Assembly: GCA_963662945.1 (NCBI GenBank)
Contig: OY759974.1
Location: 928,001-992,000 of the forward strand
DNA from: Arcobacteraceae bacterium
GTDB taxonomy: Bacteria > Campylobacterota > Campylobacteria > Campylobacterales > Arcobacteraceae
Direction: 5' to 3'
Length of the DNA stretch: 64,000 nt
The notes under the pieces were generated by a model that saw only the letters and a list, made by a program, of their open reading frames with translations, made no database searches and was not told where the DNA came from. Shown here piece by piece: positions 12,442 to 21,244 of this stretch (the first letter of the stretch is position 1; each line of letters begins with the position of its first letter). A program made the translations under genes and the position numbers.

Positions 12442-14259
12442 TTATTCCTTCTGTGTTGTTTTTAGTATTGGTTTCAGTAAAAATGACATGATACTTTTCT
12501 TACCAACTAAAACATCTGCATTTACCATCATACCAACTTTTATCTTATACTTTTCATTATCTAAAAGATAATTCTTTTTTGTTTTTACATAAATCATATA
12601 AAAACTATCCCCTGTATCTTCATCCACAATAGTATCTGGACTTATATTAGTTATTTTTCCTTCTAAATCTCCATAAATAGAATAATCAAATGCAGTTACT
12701 TTTAATTTTACTGTTTGACCTACATGTAATTTAGCTATCTCTTCAGGTTTAATTTTCACTTCTGCTACCATCTCATAATTGTCTGGTACAATTGTTATGA
12801 TATCAGCTGATGGTTCAATAGAACTTCCTACTGTATGCACAAAAATTTCTTTTACAACTCCATCTACTGGCGAACGAATTACCGTTCTTGCTATAATATC
12901 TTCTAGATTTTTTTTAGTTTCTTCTAGTCTTAATAATTCTGCAATCGTTTCATTTAATTGTAATGCTGATTTATTTTTAAATGTTAATTTTGTTTCCTCA
13001 ATACCATTTTTTATCTCTTGAATTTGAGCATCACTTTGTTTTATAACTTCTTGTGCACTTCTTAATGCTCCTCTTGAATCATTAAGCTCTCTTTCTAATT
13101 GATTTAATTCATATTTTGTAAATATTTTTTTTGCTTCTAATGCTTTTTTTGCTTTAAATTCTTCTTCGAGAGTAATTAAATTTTCTTTTAATACATCGTA
13201 CTTATTTTGTGCATCTACTAAAACACTCTCTTGATATTTTAGTTGTTCTAATTGTTTAGATATATTTTGTTGTAATTCTTGTTGATTTGATAAAAAATAA
13301 TGTTTTTCATTTTCAATCATACTATTATCACATTCACCATTACAAACTATTTTTTGCATAGGAAGATCGTCTATCTCTGCCATCAATCTAGATCTTTTAA
13401 CTTTCAATTCCATTATTCTAATATGATTTTCTTCTAGCTTACTTTTATAAGATATGGGACTCAATTTTACTAATATTTGTCCTTTTTTAATGCTATCACC
13501 TTCTTTTACGTAAATATGCGAGACCACTCCCCCTTCGAGATTTTTAAGTTTTTGTACTTTTGAAGTTGGAATAAATTGACCTTGTCCCCGCGCAATTTCA
13601 TCTATATCAAAACTCACTGCATATATTAAAAATAAGAAGATAAAACCTACAACAATTTTTACCACTAAACTTACTTTATTTGAGACTGTATCCAATACAG
13701 CGGCGCTAGTACTGGATACAAAACTTAGTGTAGAATCATGATACTTTTCTTGTGACATCATTTTGACTTGTAATTTATGGAGTAATCTTTGACAGGATAT
13801 ATCATGAATGACAAAAATAAATCCACTTAATTCATTATCTATGAATAGTGGATTTATAATAGTTTTAGTAAAAATCTCTTTATTATCTACTGTCGTTAAA
13901 ACAAGTTCCGTACCCCAAGATTCTTGGTCATGGTTTTTTACATATTCGCAACCATTATAAAATTTTTCTGCATACTCTGGTGAAACTATAAAAGTAAAAC
14001 TTTTATTTGTAAAAGTTGCATTATTATAGCCAAAAAGATCACTAAAAGCTTTGCTTACAGACTTGACTGACAAATTTTTATCTACTGTACATGAAATCAT
14101 ATTTTCATCAGCAATAGTATTGAAGTCATTCATTTGCCGTAAAGTATCTTCATCTATCAAACTAGCTAACTTACTATGACTCTCTTTAGCTGCTAATTCT
14201 TTTTCAAGTTTTTCAATCTTTAAATTAAGATTTTCTACTATTATCTCTTGACTATTCAT
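12442..14259 (-). CDS. HlyD-family T1SS membrane fusion protein with N-terminal PAS domain
   Basis: TM helix then ARGQG..IPTS..Q...LEGGVV, IRSPVDG.V, AFDYSIYG.LEG, IKVGM; aa ~50-155 PAS-like. Confidence 0.9.
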   Translation of the reverse strand: MNSQEIIVENLNLKIEKLEKELAAKESHSKLASLIDEDTLRQMNDFNTIADENMISCTVDKNLSVKSVSKAFSDLFGYNNATFTNKSFTFIVSPEYAEKFYNGCEYVKNHDQESWGTELVLTTVDNKEIFTKTIINPLFIDNELSGFIFVIHDISCQRLLHKLQVKMMSQEKYHDSTLSFVSSTSAAVLDTVSNKVSLVVKIVVGFIFLFLIYAVSFDIDEIARGQGQFIPTSKVQKLKNLEGGVVSHIYVKEGDSIKKGQILVKLSPISYKSKLEENHIRIMELKVKRSRLMAEIDDLPMQKIVCNGECDNSMIENEKHYFLSNQQELQQNISKQLEQLKYQESVLVDAQNKYDVLKENLITLEEEFKAKKALEAKKIFTKYELNQLERELNDSRGALRSAQEVIKQSDAQIQEIKNGIEETKLTFKNKSALQLNETIAELLRLEETKKNLEDIIARTVIRSPVDGVVKEIFVHTVGSSIEPSADIITIVPDNYEMVAEVKIKPEEIAKLHVGQTVKLKVTAFDYSIYGDLEGKITNISPDTIVDEDTGDSFYMIYVKTKKNYLLDNEKYKIKVGMMVNADVLVGKKSIMSFLLKPILKTTQKE

Positions 14260-16428
14260 CTAGTTACCACCACTTAACTTACTTAATATTTCCTCTTTTG
14301 GTCCATCCATTATAATTTTACCACTGTCCATCACAATTATTCTATCCACTAATGCTAAATTTGATGGTGTATGTGTTATTAGTATAAGTGTTTTTTCTTT
14401 TAAAAACTCTTTTAAATTTTTTAAGACTTTATTTGTAGTTCCACTATCAAAAGATTTAGTAGGTTCATCAAGAATAAATAATGCACTATCATCTATAACT
14501 GTTCTTGCTAATGAAATAGCTTGTGCTTGACCACCAGATAAATTTTCACCTTTTTCAACAATTGGAAGTTCAAAACCTTTAGGATGTTTATTAATAAACT
14601 CTGTTGCACAACTAATTGTTGCAGCTTTAAGTAAATCATCATCACTTGCTTTATGATTTTTTATCATTATGTTACTTCTAGCAGTTCCTGCAAATAATAC
14701 TATCTCTTGTGCCATATAAGAGATATTTGACCGTATCTCTACAGGGTCAATTTGTTGTACATCAATACCATCAATTAAAACAGAACCCTCATCATGATAA
14801 TAAAATCCTAGTAGAAGTTTTTGAATAGTACTTTTTCCACTTCCTACTTTTCCTAAGATAGCAACTTTTTCCCCCTCTTCAATCTTAAAATTAATATTAA
14901 TTAATTGCTTTGTTTCAGTTCCAGGATATGAAAAACTTACATTTTTGAATTCTATATTTCCTTTAAAAGCAGGTCGTCGAACAAATTGTTTATCACTAGG
15001 ATGTTCTGATTCTAAATTCATAACATTTTCGATAGATTGATATGCAGATACAATATGTTGGTAATATGCAATCATACCAGCTACTTGCCCCATAGGTCCC
15101 AATGCCCGGCCAGCCATAATAACTGTTGCGATTAATGCCCCTGTTGTAAGAGTTTGTGCATCAACCATATAAGCACCAAAAATAATAATAAGCACTGTAT
15201 TTAACTGTGTAACAAAAGAAGATACTGTCCCAATAGCAGCTGAAAGTGTTTTTGTTTTAATCCCTTTATCTGCTATTTCCCCTGTTGCTTCTTCCCATTT
15301 ATATTGAGATAAACTTAAAGCATTTAAACTCTTAATAGTTTCAAGATTTGAAATAGATTCTATAAGAACGCCATTTTTTAAACTACTTGCACCTGCAGTT
15401 TCTTTTACACTTTGCAACATTTTATCTTTGATACTATAAGTATAAACTAAAATTATCAGCATAGAAACAACTGTAACCCACACTAAATGCCCTGCTACAA
15501 AATAAATTGTAAATAAAAAGATAAAAACAAATGGTAAATCAATAACAATAGCAATAGTACTTGAAGCCATAAAACTTCGTATAGATTCAAACTCTTTTAG
15601 TACATTTGCAAAAGACCCAATAGGTTTTGGTATTACAGATATTTTTAAATCCATTACTTTTTCAAAAATAATAGAGGACATAATAATATCTGCTTTTTTT
15701 CCAGCAACTTCCAGTAAATACGTACGGGTAAAACGTAAACCTAAATCTATCATATATACAACAACCACCCCTAAAGCAAAAACCCAAAGTGTATCAAAAG
15801 CTGAAGTTGGGATAACCCTATCATAAACATTCATAGTAAAAATTGGTGTTGCTATCATAAAAAGATTTATCACTAATGATGCTAACAAAACATCTTTGTA
15901 AATATATTTTACTGTTTGTATAGTATCCCAAAACCAATGTTTATGTTTATTGTCTATAAGTTTAAAATCATCTGATTCAAAACGAAACTCTCTTTTTAAA
16001 AAGAAAGCTAAACCAAAATATTCTTCTTTTAAATCTTCCGTAGAAACTTTATTAACCACTTCTCCAATCTCTGGAAGAATGACATTAGCATATTCTCTTG
16101 TTTCATCAAAAGACTCTAAAATACAAGCATTTACTTCATTTGGATTATCTGTTTTTAAAAGAATAATACAAGGCAAAACCAATTTACTGATTTCATCTAA
16201 AGAAATTTTTGAGATACTTGTTTTAAATCCTGCTTTGTGTGCAGCTCTACTAAACAATCCTCTTGAAGCATTAGCTTTTACAGAAAAAAGTTTTGGAGAT
16301 GATTCACCTTCTGCAATTGGTAATCCTTCACTTAATACTTCAGCACTATATGGTTTTCCATGTAATTTAGAAAATAAAACTAATGAATCTAAAACTGAAC
16401 TTTCTATATGTTTTCTAAAGTTTGCCAC
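14260..16428 (-). CDS. T1SS ABC transporter (LapB/LssB-type permease/ATPase)
   Basis: N-terminal C39-like domain, MNVYDRV, GKVGSGKST, LSGGQ, ILDEPT; GTG start with RBS. Confidence 0.95.
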   Translation of the reverse strand: MANFRKHIESSVLDSLVLFSKLHGKPYSAEVLSEGLPIAEGESSPKLFSVKANASRGLFSRAAHKAGFKTSISKISLDEISKLVLPCIILLKTDNPNEVNACILESFDETREYANVILPEIGEVVNKVSTEDLKEEYFGLAFFLKREFRFESDDFKLIDNKHKHWFWDTIQTVKYIYKDVLLASLVINLFMIATPIFTMNVYDRVIPTSAFDTLWVFALGVVVVYMIDLGLRFTRTYLLEVAGKKADIIMSSIIFEKVMDLKISVIPKPIGSFANVLKEFESIRSFMASSTIAIVIDLPFVFIFLFTIYFVAGHLVWVTVVSMLIILVYTYSIKDKMLQSVKETAGASSLKNGVLIESISNLETIKSLNALSLSQYKWEEATGEIADKGIKTKTLSAAIGTVSSFVTQLNTVLIIIFGAYMVDAQTLTTGALIATVIMAGRALGPMGQVAGMIAYYQHIVSAYQSIENVMNLESEHPSDKQFVRRPAFKGNIEFKNVSFSYPGTETKQLININFKIEEGEKVAILGKVGSGKSTIQKLLLGFYYHDEGSVLIDGIDVQQIDPVEIRSNISYMAQEIVLFAGTARSNIMIKNHKASDDDLLKAATISCATEFINKHPKGFELPIVEKGENLSGGQAQAISLARTVIDDSALFILDEPTKSFDSGTTNKVLKNLKEFLKEKTLILITHTPSNLALVDRIIVMDSGKIIMDGPKEEILSKLSGGN

Positions 16429-16439
16429 ATTCTTTCCTT

Positions 16440-18362
16440 TTAAATTTCACCTAGCATATATTCTTTTATCAAACCAAGGTTTTTTAATATTTCATATTTT
16501 GAAAGAATAAAATCATATTTCGTTTCTATATAACTTCTTTTTGCCTCATATACACTATCTGTTACATCCAAAAGATCATTAGCATCAATTTTCGCAAACT
16601 TATAATCGTAATTTGCAGCGACATATTCTTCTTCTCTTTTTTTAACCATATCGCCTGTAAAGTTTTGTTTCGAATCTAACATATAATATTTATTGTAAGA
16701 CAAATCTAATGTATACCTTGCATCTCTAATGACTTCGTCTTTTTTAGCTATTTTTTGTTTATATTCATAAAATTTTTTTGCATAATCTGCTTCATCTGCT
16801 CCACCAGCATAAAGATTTATTGATGCTTCTACAGACAGAGATGACTCTTTTGTTGTTGTATCATATGTATTTAAAGTATATTTTTCATCTAAAACACTAC
16901 TTTTCCCTACAAGATTAATAGATGGAAGAAAAGATACATTTGCTTTTTCTAACTTTTGTTTATACAACAAAACATTATTATTTGCTTCTTTAATTGCTGG
17001 TGCATATTTTTCAATATCTTCTAATGCTAAAACAACATTTCCAAAATATTTACTTGTTGGATTTTCCATTTTAAATAATTTCATCTCATTATCATCAAAA
17101 TCTAAATATTTTTGCATTTTTGATATAGAATCATTATATCTTTTTGTATCTTCTTCAAAATTCATAAATCTACTAATAGATCTTGCTTCCACTTTTCTAA
17201 AATCTCTTAATGCAGTTATACCATTTTGAAATCTAATTTTCTCTTTTTCAACCCAGTCCATATAATGAGTATAATTTTCTCTTGATAATTTGTAAATATC
17301 TTTTATTTTTTGAATTGTTATATATGCCTCAACTAAAGAATAAATTAAATCATCTTCAATTTGCTCTTTAGAATACTCTGTTGATTTATAATTTGCTTGT
17401 GTTATTTCTAATTGATTTTTATCTTTAAATCCATTAAAAAGATTATACCTCACTGTAATATCTCTTGAACCATCACTATCTTTTACAGCCGCTGTTTCAT
17501 CATCATAACTTGTATAGTTTTTATAACTATAATTAACATCAATAGTTGGTTTAAAAGCTGCTTTTGCTGTATTAATATCTTCATTTGTAGCTTTTAAGAG
17601 TTCTATTTGCTCTTGAAGTGTAGGATTTTCATTAAGAAGTCTCTGTACATATTGAGAAATAGTTTTGATATTTTGTTCTGGAATATCAGTATTGTGTTCT
17701 AATGTTTCCTCTATATTTTCAATTTTTACTGGTTCTATTTGTTCAGGTTCTTCTATTTTTGTTTCTTCTTTAACTATTTTTTCTTCTTTTGGTAACTCTA
17801 CATTTTCATTTAAAATAACAATAAATTCTATTCTTCTAGATTTATATACATCTTCCTCACCATTTTCTTGATAAATGAGCTTTGATGATGAGTTTCCAAT
17901 AGTAATAAATTTCTCATTGATAAAATCTTTATTATCTTCTACAGTGTTATCATTAAGCCTCTTTATAAAATTTAAAACACCATCCGCTCTTTCCTGAGAT
18001 AAAATTAAATTTCTTTGATATTTTTCCTCTTTTGTTTTTCCTTTATTATTTTCAGAAGATGTATATCCATTGATCTCTACTTTTTTAATATATTTTTCAT
18101 AAGGCTTTAATATTTCAATATATCTTGGGAAAAAATCTTTTAATATTAATTCAAAAGATTGTGAAATAGTTGCACTTCCTTTCATATAAAGCATATTAAT
18201 ATTCTCAAATCTTAATCTCAAATTTTCTTTATTAAATTGAACTTCCCATACTCCAAAATCCCTTTTAAATTCTTGGTTTATAGTTTGATAAATTTCATCT
18301 TTAACTGTATCAGCTAAAAGATTAACCGTAATACAAAAAATAAAAATAAAATTTTTAATCAT
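16440..18362 (-). CDS. TolC-family outer membrane protein with N-terminal OmpA/MotB-like domain
   Basis: Signal peptide; aa ~18-185 with NGYTSS, N..LSQERA..V, SRRIEF; acidic linker; TolC motifs NPTL, AF.PTI, YNLFNGF, NLYAGG. Confidence 0.88.
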   Translation of the reverse strand: MIKNFIFIFCITVNLLADTVKDEIYQTINQEFKRDFGVWEVQFNKENLRLRFENINMLYMKGSATISQSFELILKDFFPRYIEILKPYEKYIKKVEINGYTSSENNKGKTKEEKYQRNLILSQERADGVLNFIKRLNDNTVEDNKDFINEKFITIGNSSSKLIYQENGEEDVYKSRRIEFIVILNENVELPKEEKIVKEETKIEEPEQIEPVKIENIEETLEHNTDIPEQNIKTISQYVQRLLNENPTLQEQIELLKATNEDINTAKAAFKPTIDVNYSYKNYTSYDDETAAVKDSDGSRDITVRYNLFNGFKDKNQLEITQANYKSTEYSKEQIEDDLIYSLVEAYITIQKIKDIYKLSRENYTHYMDWVEKEKIRFQNGITALRDFRKVEARSISRFMNFEEDTKRYNDSISKMQKYLDFDDNEMKLFKMENPTSKYFGNVVLALEDIEKYAPAIKEANNNVLLYKQKLEKANVSFLPSINLVGKSSVLDEKYTLNTYDTTTKESSLSVEASINLYAGGADEADYAKKFYEYKQKIAKKDEVIRDARYTLDLSYNKYYMLDSKQNFTGDMVKKREEEYVAANYDYKFAKIDANDLLDVTDSVYEAKRSYIETKYDFILSKYEILKNLGLIKEYMLGEI

Positions 18363-21113
18363 CTACATACCTTTTATTAACAAATACATATTTAATTTAT
18401 TATTATCTAAAGAGATACCTAAATCAAACACTTTATATGATTCAGTCTTTGCAAGAGTTTCAACGATTTCGTCTTTATTCACTTGAAGAGTAATTTTTTT
18501 ATTTGTATTTTTTGATACTATATCCCCTAATGATAATAAAATTTGCTTTGAAATATCATGTAAACCATTATCAATCGTTTCTACAATATCTCCATCTGTA
18601 TCATCAATCATAATATTAAATATTTTAGACAAAGTTTTTGCTGGAATAAAAAACTTCCAATCAACATTTTTGCTACCATTTGCCACTAAACTATTAGTAA
18701 ATAATACCCCATTCATATTTTTAATATTCTGATGATAAATTTGTTCTATCTGAATCTTCTCCAACGTCGTTTCTAAGATATTATTTAATGTTGTTAATAA
18801 AGAATCTTGTATTAAAGTATATGGGTCTAATTTCGCTTTTTCTGCTTTTGAAGTTACTTTTTTTTGAATTTTAATAGGAGTTGCAATCACGTTATTAATA
18901 GTTTTGGCTTCAGATTGAACTAACTCCTTTTTTTCTTCCCCAATCTCTGTTTTTTTTATATCTTCCACAACTTCTTCATCTTTTAACTGTTCGACATCTA
19001 CTGTTTTACCAAAATATTCATAAGGAACAATCTCCTTATTTTCAACAATCATATTTACAAAAGGAATCAAGTCTTTATCTAGTCTTGTATATATTTCAAT
19101 TATATCTTGAGCAAATATTATACTTATTTTAAAGACATTCTCAAGTTTAGACAGATCTCTTTTTGTTATCTCTTTTATCTCTGATTGTGTGTATTTTCCA
19201 TTTTGTAAATCATGGAATTTTTTTTGATTTATTATATTACACATATTTATAGACAAGGTATAAATAAATTCTTTTGCTGTATCTACTACATCTTTATTCA
19301 TCTCATCTACTAACTCAAACTTATTATCACTTATTAAATTTAAGATTTTATATGAAGATATACAAGAGATATAAAAATTCCATTTTGATTCTATATCTTT
19401 AAATTTTAATAGACCATCAACTTCAACCATTTTTTCTCTTGGAATTGAATTTGAATCAATAGCTTCGATATTAATATTTACTAGTTTTTCTGAACTTAAT
19501 TCTTCAATTGTATGTTTGATACCTTCAACAATTTCATAAGAAATATCCGTATTCTTTTTTTCTTCTTCTAATTCTAGTTTTTCATTTATTCGAATATCTT
19601 TTAATAATTCAGCTGTTTCTTTTGATGATTTATAATTCACCAAATCTTGTGTCATATCCACTAAAGCAACTATTATAATTCTCTCTGTAACATGCTTTGA
19701 ATAATCCATTTCATTAAACTTCACTATAAAATGGTGTGGATCGCCGTTTATAGACATAACTACTTTATAAAGTTTTCTTGGATTTTGCAATAAATAGTCA
19801 ATCCAAAATTCTCCATCAATATATTGATCCCATATATAATTTGGTGCTTCATACTTTTCAAAAAGTTCACAAACACATTTATGCTTCTTTTTAAAACCAT
19901 CAAAAGTTCCAAATCTATTGAAAAATCCCATAAATCTATTATTTGCCTTTGTTATTTCTTTTCCATTATGCATAAACATTAGATTTGGTTGCATATTAAA
20001 TAAATTATCTAATTTTTTATCATTAAAATCAAGCTGATCTGTTTTTTCTTTTAAATCTTCATTGATAATTACTAATTCTTCATTTTCTAATTTTAAATCT
20101 TTAAAAACATTTGCCATATATAAATATTTTATGAAAAAGAATATAAGAAATATTGAAATTATAGTCACAATAATATGTGCTTTTTGCATAAAATTCAAAT
20201 CTTGATAATCTATTTCATCAAGTGTTCTAAATATTATTGCTTTTGCTATTATGCTATTATCGAGATTTTTAATATTATATTTAGATATAAGATGATCGCT
20301 TTTCTCATGGACAATATAATTGTTATTATCATCATCACAAAACTCATTTGCATCATTTTGTTTTATCACCCTTAAAAGATAATCATCTGCATTGGAATTT
20401 ACTACATAACAATCATTTATAAAGTTTTTAGAATAAGAAAGTTCTTGTTGTATTATATGAGAATCTCTTTTATTTAATAAAATTACTATTTTATACCCTC
20501 GTTGTGAAAAAATATCAGCTAATGCATCAAAATGTACATTAACTCCAAAATATCCTAAAAAAATATTGTTTTCATCAAAAATTGGTATTTTGTTTGTAAA
20601 TGTTACACCATATTTACTGGTTTGTATTGTAGTATATACTCTTGGATATTTTATTAGATGTTCCATTTGAGGATCATCTTTCACTAAATCATCACCTTTT
20701 AAATTTGTCCAACTCCTTTTAAAACTTTTACCATTAGCATCAATAACTTCTGCTTGAATATCAACATACTCTTTTTTAGTTCTCATCTCTTCAAGTAGTT
20801 TATCCATATCAAGTAAATCTGGATTATTTTGTTTCAATGATTTTTTAATCATAACATTTTTAGACAACGATGATGAAACAAGTAAAGATGTATTAAGCTT
20901 TTCATTAAGCATGACATCAAATTTCTCTAATATATCTTGATCAACTTTTTTATATATTTTATTTTTATATTCTTGTGTTTTTAAAAAATATATATCTTTA
21001 GAAATAAAACCAATAATTAGAATCAAAAATAAAAAAAGCGAAGTATAGATTGTTTTTGTACTAACAACATGATTATTAAGAATTTGTTTCTTGAGTTTTT
21101 TTAGTTTTTTCAT
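18363..21113 (-). CDS. Membrane sensor: TM-Cache-like-TM-coiled coil-PAS-like plus two FliY/CheC-like domains
   Basis: Two TM helices flanking SF.RSW...GDDL...PI...FLG Cache-like region; PAS-like ITKANNRFM.FF; no kinase, GGDEF or EAL motifs seen. Confidence 0.65.
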   Translation of the reverse strand: MKKLKKLKKQILNNHVVSTKTIYTSLFLFLILIIGFISKDIYFLKTQEYKNKIYKKVDQDILEKFDVMLNEKLNTSLLVSSSLSKNVMIKKSLKQNNPDLLDMDKLLEEMRTKKEYVDIQAEVIDANGKSFKRSWTNLKGDDLVKDDPQMEHLIKYPRVYTTIQTSKYGVTFTNKIPIFDENNIFLGYFGVNVHFDALADIFSQRGYKIVILLNKRDSHIIQQELSYSKNFINDCYVVNSNADDYLLRVIKQNDANEFCDDDNNNYIVHEKSDHLISKYNIKNLDNSIIAKAIIFRTLDEIDYQDLNFMQKAHIIVTIISIFLIFFFIKYLYMANVFKDLKLENEELVIINEDLKEKTDQLDFNDKKLDNLFNMQPNLMFMHNGKEITKANNRFMGFFNRFGTFDGFKKKHKCVCELFEKYEAPNYIWDQYIDGEFWIDYLLQNPRKLYKVVMSINGDPHHFIVKFNEMDYSKHVTERIIIVALVDMTQDLVNYKSSKETAELLKDIRINEKLELEEEKKNTDISYEIVEGIKHTIEELSSEKLVNINIEAIDSNSIPREKMVEVDGLLKFKDIESKWNFYISCISSYKILNLISDNKFELVDEMNKDVVDTAKEFIYTLSINMCNIINQKKFHDLQNGKYTQSEIKEITKRDLSKLENVFKISIIFAQDIIEIYTRLDKDLIPFVNMIVENKEIVPYEYFGKTVDVEQLKDEEVVEDIKKTEIGEEKKELVQSEAKTINNVIATPIKIQKKVTSKAEKAKLDPYTLIQDSLLTTLNNILETTLEKIQIEQIYHQNIKNMNGVLFTNSLVANGSKNVDWKFFIPAKTLSKIFNIMIDDTDGDIVETIDNGLHDISKQILLSLGDIVSKNTNKKITLQVNKDEIVETLAKTESYKVFDLGISLDNNKLNMYLLIKGM

Positions 21114-21147
21114 TGCAGATATTCCATATTATAATGCGTTTGCAAGA

Positions 21148-21163
21148 TTATACTAAAGTATAC
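21148..21163. promoter_or_regulatory. Candidate operator GTATACTTTAGTATAA (minus strand) at the T1SS operon promoter
   Basis: 15/16 identical to the site at 37592-37607; overlaps a minus-strand TATAAT. Confidence 0.45.
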
Positions 21164-21211
21164 CTTAAATAAAATTTTTGATTATATTTATTATTACTTA
21201 TAATGTACTAA

Positions 21212-21234
21212 AAGATAGAGAAAATCTCTATCTT
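21212..21234 (-). terminator. Rho-independent terminator after the adhesin gene
   Basis: AAGATAGAGA-AAA-TCTCTATCTT perfect hairpin just past the stop codon, with a short U tract. Confidence 0.7.
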
Positions 21235-21244
21235 AATTAAATTA

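Noticed and set aside
16440-18362. Zorya anti-phage system
   Set aside because: Only a ZorB-like domain fused to TolC; no zorA, zorC/D/E or ZorB TM helix
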